DNA of 64,000 bases from Curvularia clavata (lineage: Eukaryota): contig CP089275.1 of NCBI GenBank assembly GCA_023920165.1, positions 434,001 through 498,000 on the forward strand, in the 5' to 3' direction. Shown piece after piece: positions 1 to 13,100 of the stretch. How positions within the stretch are numbered: the stretch's first letter is position 1; every line of letters begins with the position of its first letter. Under the pieces are notes generated by a model. It did not search any database and had not been told where the DNA came from. It saw only the letters and a list, made by a program, of their open reading frames with translations. The position numbers and the translations under genes are program-made.

Positions 1-1173
1 TCAGCCAGGGGAGTTGCGGGATATGGGGACGAGTCCGGAGGGGTGCACAATTGGGGGGATTATGGTTATGGAGGAGATGGGGGTGAGGGGGGCGTTAGGA
101 AAGGCGCTGAGGGAGGCAGTCACGCTTGCACGTTTGATGGGCAGCGAGAGGGAAGGGCTGCATATTAATGATACGAGGGAGAATACGGGTAGGCAGTGAG
201 TGGCTGAGAGTTAGAAAAATGAGGGATGATCCCAAAAATGGGTAGGCGATGTTCAACCCTCGCTTTGAATATGAGAACGACTTGCTATTGTTCACTAGTT
301 GAACCATATTTTTCTTTTATTCAAAAGACTCTCAAGCCACATGCGACATGACACTGCACGAGAACAAGTAGGCATACGATAAAATAACGATACAAAGAAA
401 GAACATTGAACACAAGAATCTAGTTTGAACCTCAAACCTAGTTTCTAGCTTTAATTGGCCTCTTTTACTTGCACTTGAATAGTCAATTCTTAGTCTAGAA
501 ACTGCTCCAGTTTTCTTAAAAACAAATAACAGTGGAGCTATGATCTCCAAGCACGCTGCAGTGAAGCCATGTCGTTACCTCCTACTCCTGCACTGTCTTA
601 ATATAGGAGGCGAGTGCGACCAGCTGGTTGTTCGGCATGATAACTTTAACTCTTCGGCTTTACACTGAGTTCTCTTTTCAGTGTAAGACAGGAGATATCC
701 TACTCACCATGTGCAGCATTGCCTGGCGACTCACTAGTAGCCTTTACTCATATTATTCTTATTCTTGCAGGTCTAGAGGCTTTCTGAAATTATTACTTAA
801 CATATAGTCATGTGCAACTTTTCTGATCTCAAACACCAGAAAACGAAACTAACAAAGATCATGGACACAATCTCGGAAAATATAAACTGCCTAAAAGCTT
901 ACCTTTCCCCCACGATATCCACTCCAAAAACATCTATGGAAGTAGGGAGAAAGACGTGGTAGATTAAAGATCATAAAGATCAAGTATGTATGGTGTCACC
1001 CTCGACTGTTAAATTTCTAGAACAAGCTCAGCGACAATAACCTTCTCAGAGTAAAGTAGTCAGGCGATCACTCTCTGTTATTCATGGAACAATACCAACT
1101 TCGCTGTTCCTTGCCATCCCCCTAATCCTTGTATGAATCAGGCTTACTCCGGGCCTAATCTTGTTCCACTTGC

Positions 1174-1640
1174 TCAATCCGAACATGAAATCGACCCAAA
1201 TTCATTCTTCGTCGCTTCACACTACGTAGAATGCACGTAACCCTTCAGACACGCCAGACTTGTGGTAAATTTCCAATTCATGATTCTCGACGACTCAATC
1301 CCACCACAGTGCGTGCGCAACGCTGTGCTTCCACGGCCCTTGAGATTGTCCCAGAGGCTGCTGAACTAGCCAGGGAATAATGCATTTTATTAACCGTCGT
1401 AATTTGAATCGATACAAATCTGGGGAGAGCATTGGGCAACCAGAGGGAGAAGAGATGTAGAACGGGACGGGAAAATATCTGTTACGCACTTCTATAAACG
1501 TGTTCCGTCCAAATGTCCCAGTTCAAGAGAATATTGCTATCCTAGTCGACGGTAGTAGAACATGAAGCTACGGCCACGGTTTCAGTCATGGCGACAAGGG
1601 CCACAAGGATAGAAGAGATGGAGAGAGTATTGAAGCACAT
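1174..1640 (-). pseudogene. Degraded gene for a small secreted Cys-containing protein
   Basis: Signal-peptide-like start MCFNTLSISSILVALVAMTETVAVASCST at ATG 1640. A downstream reading frame gives LWDNLKGRG..THCGG..NWKFTTSLACLKGYVHST*CEATKNEFGSISCSD*, with in-frame TAGs compatible with RIP (TGG>TAG). Confidence 0.45.
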
Positions 1641-2230
1641 CTTAGCAGTGGCGTTTAACAAAGCTCTTTTGTGGTTTTTCAAATTGGGCTTCTGAGAAGG
1701 CGGTTCAAGTACACGAATTTTGTGAGTGGAAGAGTGTCTGGCAGGTAGAATTAGAGCTTTAGGGATAGAAGTAGGAGCCTGTGGGATCACTGATTCCTTC
1801 TTAGATAGATCAACATATACAAATATATGCGTCTCTTTTGTAGTGTGCATACGTTTCTGATGCTAGAGCTCCCAATCCGTAGGTGTCGTCAAGTTCACCT
1901 TAGTAGGGCGCCTGTTGCTAGCATCGAAAGATGTCATAGTGTAGGACCAATAGTCGAGACGTAGATAGAGAGAGATAATCAAATAGAGTAATCAATTGAG
2001 AGATCGTATAGAACATTGCGCTAAACACAATGCATTGTATTAATCCCTGACTTCATTGGACAGTTTCTGAGGATGAAAATAAGGCTATCCGCAAGCTGGT
2101 TTGGGGTTGAGTTAGGCTCAGTCCTCAGCTAAATACGCCCTAAGATTTGTCTAGCTCGCAGGTATGTCGGGAAAGAAACCACCAGAAAAACAATCAGCAA
2201 CCGAGAATGACATGAAAGAAGGCACGGTCG

Positions 2231-3202
2231 CTACAATCGAGCAGAGAGGTTTGGGTACGAGCCTAAGCTCTGCTCGATCCTAGCCACTTCAGCCATTGTA
2301 GACATGACTTTCTCCCTGATAGGAGGTGCAGGCTCAAAGTAGGGCTTGCGTGGTCTCAGCAGCGCCACAGCATTGTCGATTCCCGCGTATTTGGCGCTAT
2401 GTATCGCAGCCGCGTACTTGGTCGCAGCAATGCCGGCCTTGATAGGCTGCTCAGCTAATGCAGCCTTTTGATGTAATGCCAGGGCTTCATCGTTCCGACC
2501 CTGCTGGTGCAGCTTGTAGATGTGCGCAATAGTTCTAGGGAAGACGTTGGCGAATGCAGCAATGCAGCCACTAGACCCAGAGGTTAGGCCGCCTAAAATG
2601 AAATCAGACTGGCCACCAAAGACTGCGAAGCGCTCCTTTGGGAGGACAGCTGCCAGACGGGTGATTTTGGCGACCGAGCCGCAAGTCAGCTTGACACCGA
2701 CAATGTTGGAGTGTCGCTGGGCTAAGTTGGCGATCAGGTCGGACTGGAGGTCTACGCCATTGCATACGCCAGGAAAGTTGTAGATGACAATGGGCAACGG
2801 GCTCCTCTTGGCAACGTCGTCGTAAAAGGCCTCTACAACCTGTGGTGTCGTTGCAGCTCCAAAGTAGGCAGGCGGGAGCAGAAGCACAGAGTTGGCGCCT
2901 GCGTCGGCTGCGTCGGCGATGTGTTGAAGAACTTGACGTGTAGAATGTCCGCCTACACCTACCATGAGGGGGAAGTGCGGGCCGACCGCACGCCTTGCCG
3001 TTACGACGAGCTCTTTGCGCTCCTCACGCGTCAAGAGAAACGTCTCTGCATTCGTGCCCAGGATAACGAGCCCAGCGAGGCCCGTCGTTGATAGGTAGTG
3101 GAAGTACCGCGCCTGCGCATCAAGTGCGAGCTCGTCGGTTTCTGGGTTGAAAAAGGTAATTGCAGGGCACCAGACACCGCTGGGAGGCACAATACTCGGC
3201 AT
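2231..3202 (-). CDS. DHDPS/NAL-family class I aldolase (4-hydroxy-2-oxoglutarate aldolase-like)
   Basis: Motifs GLVILGTNAE, IVIYNFPG and NIVGVKLT (Schiff-base Lys). No intron; likely start MPSIVPPSG at 3202. Confidence 0.9.
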   Translation of the reverse strand: MPSIVPPSGVWCPAITFFNPETDELALDAQARYFHYLSTTGLAGLVILGTNAETFLLTREERKELVVTARRAVGPHFPLMVGVGGHSTRQVLQHIADAADAGANSVLLLPPAYFGAATTPQVVEAFYDDVAKRSPLPIVIYNFPGVCNGVDLQSDLIANLAQRHSNIVGVKLTCGSVAKITRLAAVLPKERFAVFGGQSDFILGGLTSGSSGCIAAFANVFPRTIAHIYKLHQQGRNDEALALHQKAALAEQPIKAGIAATKYAAAIHSAKYAGIDNAVALLRPRKPYFEPAPPIREKVMSTMAEVARIEQSLGSYPNLSARL

Positions 3203-3726
3203 GGGTTCAGATGGGAGACTTGGACAGTCAACGTGAGGAGCAAAACAGGGTGGATTCGAGGGTTGTGAACGGCGGGAACTCATCTACAAAAGGCGACGGT
3301 CAGTGCCCGCTCCTCCTCTCTGCAGACACCGCGAATTTCCGCAGCATCGCCGTCCGCGTTCTCGCAGCCATCGTGGACTTTGACGATGTTCGGCATGCCT
3401 GCCGGAAGGACGATAGTTGGGGTAAACGCGATGCTCCACCGTCTCGCATGCATGCTCGCATATGTTCCGCGCGCTACGGCTGCTCTCCCGATCGCGCACG
3501 GGCTGCAGATGCATGCGTGCGTTTCTTACCGACGAGCAGCTTGGCGCGTGGAGCATGGTGCACAATCCATTATTGAATGAGGGGGGTGTGTTCTATCCCG
3601 GCTCTGATCCCGTACCGTGAGAAACTGTTGCTGCGACTTCGGCTTGGAGTGCATTTGCTGGCCAACAATGGAATACTTCAAGGGCGCTGCGCTGCTCACA
3701 GCGTCCAATCCATATACACGCCCATC

Positions 3727-5516
3727 ATGTCTACTTTACTTTTACGGTCAAGGCCTGCTGCCTCCAGGAACGCTGCTCTTCGTCTGGGCCGCAACGCCCA
3801 AATCCGCACAAAGACCACGGGCAGTGCTACGCTTCCGTTCCAGCTTCCCCCAGAGCGGAACGAGCCCAATCCAAACTACGAGAAGGGCTCCCCTGAACGG
3901 GCTGAGATTGAAAAGGCTCTGAAGGAGCTCCAGGCACAGATTCCCCTCAAGTCCAACGCCTTCATCAACGGTGTTGCTCAACAGTCGAGCAAGTCATGGG
4001 ACCAGGTCCTGCCTGCAGATCACAAGACCGTCTTCACCAACAATCCCTTGACTTCCAAGGAGCAAGTTTCGGCTGCAATTGACGCCGCACTCAAGGCGAA
4101 GAAGTCATGGCAAGACACTCCATTTGTCGACCGTGCCGCCATCTTCATTAAGGCTGCAGAGCTCGTCTCCAAGAAGTACCGCTACAAACTTATCGCTGCC
4201 ACCATGCTTGGCCAGGGCAAGAACATATGGCAGGGCGAGGTCGATGCTGCTGCTGAGCTGGCTGACTTCTTCCGTCTCAACACCAACTACGCTGCCGAAC
4301 TCCTCGGCAGGCAACCCTACCGTGGTTCTGATGGTATGTGGTCTCGTCTGGACTACCGACCGCTCGAGGGTTTCGTGTACGCCGTCTCGCCATTCAACTT
4401 CACTGCCATTGGTGGCAACCTCATTTCTGGACCTGCCATCATGGGTAATGTAGTACTATGGAAACCTTCTCCCTCCAACGTCTACGCCAGCCAGATTGTG
4501 TACGAGATTCTCCTCGAGGCTGGTCTTCCCCCGGATGTCATCCAGTTTATCCCCGGCGACCCGGAGGAGATCAACGACGTCATCCTGAACCACCGTGACT
4601 TTGCTGGTCTCGGCTTCGTAGGCTCTTCAGATGTTTTCCGCCAATTGCAGGCCAAGGTCGGCCAGGAGATTGGCAAGCACACCTATCGCGAGTTCCCCCG
4701 TCTCGTCGGCGAGACCTCTGGCAAGAACTTTACCCTCATCCACCCAACTGCTGACATCCCATCGGCCGTCAAGCACACCATCCGCGGTTCTTTCGAGTAC
4801 CAGGGCCAGAAGTGCTCTGCCACATCACGCCTCTACCTCCCTGAGTCCCGATCCAAAGAGTTCCTCGACGCCTTTCTCGCCGACGTGAAGACCATCACCC
4901 AGGGCAACCCGCACAAGGACCTCGCCGCCTTCATGGGCCCTGTGATCCACCGCAACTCCTTTGAGAAGATCAAAGCCGTCATCGACGAGAGCAACAAGGA
5001 CTCCTCACTCAAGCTACTCGCAGGTGGCACCTACGACGACACGGAAGGCTTCTATGTCAAGCCCACCGTGTACATGGCCGACTCGCCCGACCACAAGCTC
5101 TTCAACTATGAGATCTTCGGGCCTGTGTTGGTAATTCACGTCTACCCCGATGCGCAGTGGCCGGCAATTCTCGAAAAGGTTGACCAAGCGGGCGGCGGAT
5201 TCGCCCTCACTGGTGCGGTATTTGCCAACTCGCGCGCAGCAATACGCGAGGCAGAGGATGCGCTGCGGTACTCTGCGGGAAATTTCTATATCAGTAGGTC
5301 ATCCAGGCACTCATGTACACGATCAACAGCTAACATTATGCAGACTGCAAGACTACAGCCGCACTCATTGGGCAGCAGAGCTTTGGCGGCAGCCGCGCGT
5401 CTGGGACAAACGACAAGGCGGGCAGCCCCAATACGCTGCTCCGCTTTACGACGCCGCGCCTTATCAAAGAAGAGTTCTTCCCGCAGACGGACTTCTGGTA
5501 CCCATCTAACAAGTAG
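3727..5516 (+). CDS. put2: Delta-1-pyrroline-5-carboxylate dehydrogenase (ALDH4 family)
   Basis: Motifs SPFNFTAIG, GETSGKN, FEYQGQKCSA and EIFGP; Arg-rich mitochondrial-type N-terminus. A GT-AG intron at 5294-5343 restores NFYINCKTT..QQSFGGSRASGTNDKAG. Confidence 0.92.
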
Positions 5517-5742
5517 GTGGGTTTTTCTAGGTTATGAGAGATGCTTAACTTGATGAGATTGTCGCTGAGCGAATGATGCATTTGGGGCGTTCTTCTTTGT
5601 GTTCTTTTATCAATTAAAACTCACCTTAACTGGCGCTATATGATCCAATTGCGTCAAATTGTATCGCTATCTTCCTTTTGCGATTGCGCATTACTGAGGC
5701 GAGAGTCTTGGGTAGGAACAATAGAATCCTAGGCCATATTTT

Positions 5743-6335
5743 CTACTTTCTTCTATAGGTGTAGACACCTCTTCTCACAAAAATTACACTATTATTATTA
5801 CTTTGAGCACCGCGTTCATGTCTATATTCCTTCACCACACCAGCTCTCTCAGCCAAATCCTGCCAAGAATAACTCTTCTCATGAAAGAGAGCATCTCGGA
5901 TATATGTGGTAATAGCTTCGGCATCTGATGTGGTAAACCTGGGTGGGCGGCCGCGAGGATCGTGTTGGTCAGAATGCTGGAGACGACGGCATCGGTGGGT
6001 TGCAACCACATCGGATATAGTAGATTTTGGTATGCCAAATACAGCAAAAATCCGCCTAACACTGCATGGTAGCTTCTGCTCTTGGCAGTTATAAAGTATA
6101 GCGATATTAGCAGCGCGGCGGGGGGTATGAAGTTGCGGTGGTGCGTCTTCAGATTTGATCAGCTCCTGCGGCAGCGTTGTGAATCGTACACAGTCCGGCA
6201 TTACGATAAACGTATTCGCATACTAAAACTCACAACTTCTGTATATAAAATCAATATATTTACGTGCGTGGTTGTGGAGTATCAGGTGGTGGCTGGTGGG
6301 GGTTTGCACTGTTTTGGTGGGGGACTTGGCTGTCC
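5743..6335 (-). mobile_element. Truncated Tc1/mariner-like transposon (N-terminal HTH region only)
   Basis: ORF 5743-6201 has an HTH-like IFAVFGIPKSTISDVV and an RGRPPRFT linker, but no DDE domain. Confidence 0.5.
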
Positions 6336-6744
6336 GGCTATTTCGGTTCCCGGAGAGTGCGGGGACAAATCTCGCCAGTCCATAAAGTTCTTTTTCGTGC
6401 CGATGCCAGTCACACAAACATGCCGACAATTTGTCTGCGCTATGCACTCCAGAATGGTTGGACGTGAGAGTTGCCGAAGACTCAATTCTTGATTTGCTGA
6501 TTGCATGCCGTACCCATGGTTGCTGACTGTGGACAAATGATCGGTTAGAGGCACCTGCCGTTGCGGCGAAAGTAACCACATATGGATCGCTTCGTCATCC
6601 ATTGTTTGTTGGCCGAGCCTAAGATCCAGCGGCATTGTGAGATAGCATGATCGCACTATTTATTGAAATACAGCTGAGAGCCCATTCAGCATTATCCAAA
6701 TATCTCAAACAATCTTCCAGGCCTTGCCATATGAACATAGCAAA

Positions 6745-8428
6745 ATGGCAGATCTTTCTTGTACTGGGAACACCAACTGCCCCAATCATTTTCACCCCGA
6801 CGATCAATTATATATTGCAGACCCAAGTCGAGCACATGTTAACAATGACCTCGAAATAGGCAGAAGTAGCTCCGCAACTGGCCCTATGATCAAAAATGAA
6901 GCGCAAAATTCACAGGGTGACCAACATTCGAATATCAAGGATGGAAATGGCTTCCGAAGAATAATCCGTAACTTCACGCCTTCGTATGTACATGTACCTA
7001 TGATTATCGTCAACTTCGCTAGTTAAATTGACTTGTTTGTAGTTGGTTCATCATTACCATGAGCACTGGAGCTCTATCCATCATGTTGCATCAAATACCA
7101 TATCATGCCCACTGGCTGAATATTGTTTCAGAAATGCTCTTCGTCTTTAACATCGTATTGTTCTTGCTCTTCACGTTCATCTCAACCCTAAGGTACACAA
7201 TGTATCCTCTGTTGTTCCCTGCTGTTCTCCGCCATCCTCATCAAAGCTTGTTTCTTGCAACATTCCCAGTTGGCCTTGCGACACTTATTAACATGATCGT
7301 GCTTGTTTGCGTTCGTCCTTGGGGTCAAGGTATGGCGATCTTCGCTTGGGTGTTGTGGTGGATCGATAGTGTCCTTGCGGTGGCCACTTGTTTCCATTTA
7401 ACTTGGGTTATGTAAGTTCTATCCTTTTTCACGTTATGGGTTGAGTCTTAGGGTCTAGCTAACAACAAACACAGATTATCCAATCGTCGGCATGACCTCG
7501 AAGAAATGACCGCTTTATATCTTATACCTATCGTTGCTATTGTCATTGCCGCGACATCTGGAGCGCTTGTGGCAGGAGTATTAACAAATGCTAAACATCA
7601 ACTGTGGACGCTTGTGATTAGTTATATCTTCTGGGGCATCGGAACACCTCTATCCTGGATTATTCTAACCCTGTATTTTTTTCGACTCACAGTGCATAAG
7701 CCACTTCAACGCGAGGTGATTGTCTCATTGTTACTTCCAATTGGACCACTTGGACTGTCGGGGTTCTCGTATGTCTTCTTCTTCTTCTTCTTCTTCTTCT
7801 TCTTCTTCTTCTTCTTCTTCTTCTTCTTCTTCTTCTTCTTTGTCTTCTTCTTCTTCTTTGTCTTTGTATCTTTGTTGACTGTTGACGACACTGACCTTGG
7901 AATAGCTTGATAGCGCTTGGAAAAGTAGCTAGACACAGCTTTCCACTCAACGGCACGATCCCACACGTGGCCAATGCTGGAGATACTTTCTACCTCTTCG
8001 GCTTAATAGTCGGCATACTACTCTGGGGTTTTGCAGTCGTTTGGTTTATTACCGCTGCCATTATGATTGCAACAGCATATCCGTTCCCCTTCAACATGGG
8101 ATGGTGGGGCTTTATATTTCCAGTTGGTAAGTTAACGGAAAATTTTATACTCAAGAGCGGCATTTTCCTCACACAGATACTAGGAGTTTTCACACTTTTG
8201 ACCATTTCGATTGGAGAAGAGTTCGAATTCAAATTTTTCAAAGTTCTATCTTGCGTAAGTTGCACCTTTAGCTGGAAAGAGCACGAACTAAGTTTACAGG
8301 TTTTGACCGGAATTTGTGTAGTCATGTGGTTTATCGTGGCAGCGAGAACGGTGAAGCAGGCTGCTAGTGGTAAGATGTTCTTTGCGCCATGTTTAGGAAC
8401 AGACTTGTTTCTGAAAAGAGTGGAATAA
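6745..8428 (+). CDS. TDT/SLAC1-family (Mae1/Ssu1-like) dicarboxylate or sulfite transporter, multi-exon
   Basis: Motifs RNFTPSW-F..TMSTG, QSLFLATFPVG, LLLPIGPLG and FNMGWWGFIFP; multiple TM helices; GT-AG introns. Confidence 0.88.
7774..7857. repeat. (TCT)n microsatellite in an intron of the transporter gene
   Basis: About 22 perfect units plus an interrupted tail, just after the GTATGT donor at 7769. Confidence 0.95.
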
Positions 8429-8747
8429 CCGAAAAAAGCTTTAGGGATGTTGTGACGATGAATGTGATAGCTGTGAACAGCAGCTGCAGATTTACATGAT
8501 AAATTGTGGACTCAGCTGTATTCTTCGAAAGTCTTATCAGGCTGCACGTTGCAAATTGGAGAGAATGACAGGCATCCAATAAAAAGCAATATTCGATTGT
8601 AATCAGTTATCTAACAAAAGTATAACAAGAAGAATACATTTCTCCCTAAAATATGTGGTTTACTAGTCCAGCTTGCAGGTAGGAGTACAACCATCTGCCT
8701 TAAAGTAGCAAGATCTTTTTTTGTGAACCACAAAAAACAAAAATAAG

Positions 8748-8935
8748 CTCTCCAGCGGGGAATTGAACCCCGGTCTCCCGCGAGCTGCCAATCGCTTGAC
8801 AAGCGGAAATACTGACCACTATGTAACTGTGCTGTCTGCCATCAAATCGGTCAAATTTTCTGTTTTGGGTTACGAAAACCTGCTAAATTTCCTACTCTGG
8901 GTCGCAGTAACGTGAGGTCGGGTTTCTGTGCTTAG
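8748..8935 (-). repeat. R1: conserved arm fused to a 5'-truncated tRNA-Asp(GTC) copy (attR-like)
   Basis: 8748-8822 matches the tRNA at 23545-23619 except for 3 intron changes. The tRNA 5' end TCTTCAGTAGT is replaced by ...ATGGCAGACAGCACAGTTAC. A T-rich terminator follows. Confidence 0.9.
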
Positions 8936-10033
8936 TTGTATTAGCCTAATTATCATAGTTGATGTTTCACTCCCTTGTATGTTGAGTGTCTTGGCGTGTT
9001 AGTGGCGCTTATCGCCTTAAAGCAGCATCGCAGCGTTTGATATTTAACGATGACTGGATTAGTGATGTATCAAGACCACTTTTCAAATCAATTGGCTTAA
9101 CTACTAATTCAACACGTTGTCATAGAATACACTGTGACCTCCCTCACTGCGTGGCGACAAGAACAATAGTGTAACATGGGGTTGGGCTATACTTCTTGTT
9201 ACAAATTGATCAGCTATCGGAGATGGGGACTTTGTTAGTAATACTAATGACTGATCAACCGTAGATTTCCCGATAGCGTCTATATAAGCAGATGAGACGG
9301 CGTAGATAATAATGAATGGGACACAATTTTCTTCACGTACCAAAGAGTGCGACACTTCTCCAGTCCTCGATCCAGGTTAAGGCGAGATAGCTGACAGCGA
9401 TAGGCCGTGAAATTGCCTGGCAACTCTGGTTGAAAGAGGTTATATGTAGTAGAGTATTAATCTTATTAAGTAAAGGACTTGTATGAAAGTAGAATCTGAG
9501 AGTTGACTACAACGAGTGTAATGATGAAATCTTTCTATCCTTTATATCCGTTGCTTCTAGTCCTACCCTCCCTCTTATCCTCAGGAAGCAATCTTCCGCG
9601 GGGGGTTTGGGAGGGCATGGCATTCTATATTTTTATGGCATCCCGTTCTTGGTGGGGGGTCAAATTACGTGATGGCTACGCTACGCTGATTCTTACATTC
9701 TGACGGGATCCCGAGTGGTTTCCTAACTACTCGTCTTTCGTCAGGGGAGGGAATGCCGTCTCCTGTTATTCATAACAAAGTAGTTAGTTGCTTCGACTTT
9801 GCAACAGCTTTACCCTTTCCCTACAGGATATTCGTGGTTAATGATCGTGCTGCAACAGTAATAAACACTTTCCTACACATTTCGTAGTCTGCATCAAAAT
9901 TACACTAAATGCGTTACTACGTTTCTTGGTTTCTGCTAAACGTGCATTGACTACGTAACGCAATATTGATTAGAACAACGTAGTGTTAGCTATATGCGTA
10001 CTGCAGAGCCGGTCCCCGATACATAGGGAGCCG

Positions 10034-10065
10034 CCAACGCCCCAACGCCCCAACGCCCCAACGCC
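10034..10065. repeat. (CCAACGCC)x4 tandem repeat
   Basis: Read directly from the sequence. Confidence 0.85.
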
Positions 10066-10155
10066 TCATGCACAATTGGTTGCACACAGATTCATTTCAT
10101 CTCCCGCCTTAGAATTTTCTAGTGAACTCAGCCATATATGACGCTATCCTCGCGC

Positions 10156-13100
10156 TCAGCTCCCAGGCTTTAGTTCCTTCTCGCGAGTCCAACCGCTTTC
10201 GACCTTGAGATCGTAGAAGTTCTTAAGCCGGTATTCGACATAGCCCGCAGGATTGCGTCTGCGGTCGTAGATAGTGAAGACACCTTTAGTCCGCATGCCG
10301 TTGACAAAGATTGGCTTTTGAACAACATCACCCTTGCTAAAGCGCGCGCTTGCCTAAGGCATTGTGAGACCGTATCGCATGTGTAATGGAGAGTTCTGGG
10401 CTTACCATTACTGAGCCAAGATCCATGCGCATGGCAGATTTGGTGTCTGGGACTATGTCGTTGATCTGCCCGTTGGCCTGGTACGCACTAGCAAGCTCGT
10501 GCTGCGATGCTAGCCGGTCAGGGTGAGTCTCTGCCAGCGTAGTCTTCCGCACCTTGACAACGTGCTCTAGCAGCTGTACCGCCTCCTTCGTCTGCCCGTT
10601 GGCCCGGTACGCACCAGCAAGCTCGTGCTGCAATGTTAGCCGATTTGGGTGAGTCTCTGCCAGCATAGTCTCGTATACTTTGACAACGTGCTCTAGCAGC
10701 TGTACCGCCTCCTTCGTCTGCCCGTTGGCCCGGTACGCACCAGCAAGCTCGTGCTGCAATGCTAGCCGACTTGGGTGAGTCTCTGCCAGCGCAGCCTCCC
10801 GCATCTTGACTACATGCTCCAGCAGCCCTATGGCCTGTCTCGTGTAGCCTAAGTATCCTAAGTTTCTGGCTGCTAGGTCCCATATCCGTACGTGCTCTTG
10901 CGACGGATCTAGAGGTGTGATCTGAAGAACCTTGTAAATGCCGTCCAGAAGCTCCTTGAGCCTGCCGTCTTCTCTCATCGTGTTCAGCACCCACCCACAC
11001 TTTAACAGAATAGGCAAGATCGTCCCAGGTGGGCCAAACGAAAGCATCTCCTGAACCCTAGCCGATAGAAAAGACTGCATATGCGGCCGCAATTGCCTCT
11101 CGTACATTTGCCACGTCTCCGACTCACCCTGAGACAATGCAATAATACACCCCGCACCAATCCAAGCCGTCTGCTGTTGCTCCTGCCCAAGCCGGTCTTT
11201 CGCCCACGCATGCGCTAGCGGATGCATCGAGAATCCATCTAGGTCGTCTGAGCGGTGTCTTGTCACCAGCGAGAGCGAAGCAAGCAGATCGCTGGCTCTG
11301 TTGAGCCGGTAGTTGTCCCACTCGTTAGCTTGACTGTCGATGAACTTAGGCAACTGATACACGTGCCACTGTCCAAGATCGTCGATCTCATTGTTCTGGT
11401 AGCTGTTGGCCTCAATTATATCTCGAGCTCCTCTCCACGCATCTAAAAAGACGTTAAATGGCAGCACACTAGAGTGCAGCATAGAGAGAACCCCAAGCAA
11501 GTCTAGCGCGTCTTGGCTAGCTTCGTCCTCAGAATCTTTCAGCACTGGGATAGATGCCTCAAACGTTGCGTAAACATGCCGATATCGTGACTGCTCCTGT
11601 TTAGGATAGTGATTTAGTAGCCGCTCTCGCAGTCGCTCGTACTTCTCCGTGTACTGGTCTAGCCGGCAGTACCCTTCTGCAATGTACGTACCAGCCTGGA
11701 TCAGCGCAAGCGTATGCGATCCTAGCAGCTGTACGATAGCCTGCGCCTGCTCTCCGCAAGCCTGCCACGAGGCTTGCGGTACCCTTGCGGCTTTGAGCAG
11801 AAGCTGCGTTGAGTGTTCGTCCTCCAGGCCCTCGAGCGTTTCGGCAGGCAGCGTGCTGTACTGGCTGCACTCAGGCACGCGAGACGTTATAATTACTACA
11901 CTTCGACGCCCAGACGGAATATACGCTGCGTAGTCAAAAGCTGGATTGTCAGCGCTGTCTAAGATTAGCAGCCAACGGTCAGGCGTGTTAGCGAGCGCCT
12001 GGAGCGATTCCTCAACGCTCTCGGCAGACGATCCGAGCGCCTTCGCGATAGCCAAGAAGCCATGCTGAGCTGTTGATAGGCTGCTAACATCGACCCAAAA
12101 CACACCCCAGAAACTGTAGACTATTAGTAGAGTTACTAATATATAACTCAGCGAAGCCATAACGCACTCTTCTTGAAGCAGGTCTGCAATCTTTAAGCAC
12201 ACCTCACTCTTTCCTATACCGGCCATACCCGTAATAACTAGCCGCTTGTGCTCTATTGCATCTTCGCTATCATTGCGCAAGGCGCTCCTAATCCGGTCTA
12301 GGAGTTCTAAGCGCCCGGTAAAGAGATGATTGACAAGACGAGGGACTATCCAATGCACATTTCTCACTGCATGTATATTAGTCTAAGTATATTCGAAGGC
12401 AGACACGTCCTATTCACCTCGCTGACTTTGTGTAGTATGTCTTATCGTATGTTCCTGCAAAGCTGAGTATTTCTCACCATATGGGTGTAATATTGTACTT
12501 ACGTGCATAATCAACGCAAAAGACAACTCTGTTTTGCCTGTGCGAAGTTAGTTCCACGCCCTTAGGCAACCTAGGCGGAGTCTTTAAGATACACACCCTG
12601 CTTTTGCTGTAGGTTCTCAATGCAGTCTCGCACCCGAAACCTCTGTGCCTGGTGTTGTAGATACTCGCTCGTCGCCGCTTCTATCCTGCCCTGCTCCTTA
12701 TACTCGGCGAGCCCGATCTCTTGCAGCCCCCGGTCGATGTTGAAGCGGAAGTATCGCTTCTCGTCATAGTGCTTCGCCCATCGCACGATAAACTTCCTCT
12801 CTGTCTCCTCTGTCTCTGTCGCGATCCCAACTAGGCTCTTTGACAGGAACTTAGCTATGTTGTCCTCTAGCGCCTTCTTGCTAGGGTAACCCGTGCCGAT
12901 CGAGATAAAGCACTTAACCAGTGGCTTTAGGTCGCCTGTGCCAGAACTCCAGATGTTGGCCGCCTCGCCTTCTACCTCGTTGACGGGGTTATTAGCACCC
13001 AGCGCGCCGTTGACGAAATGATGTGCCCCGATCGAGACAGGGTCGAAGAAGTCTGTCGCAGCCAACGTCGCAAGAGCTGCCTGGCAGACGGTCGCAGGGA

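Noticed and set aside
7687..7974. Poly-Arg, poly-Lys and poly-Phe ORFs
   Set aside because: These are translation artefacts of the intronic (TCT)n microsatellite.
8748..8935. Interpretation of the R repeats as a tRNA-derived SINE
   Set aside because: The unique sequence lies 5' of the tRNA part, the tRNA 5' end is missing, the intron is retained, and I see no shared 3' body or target duplication.
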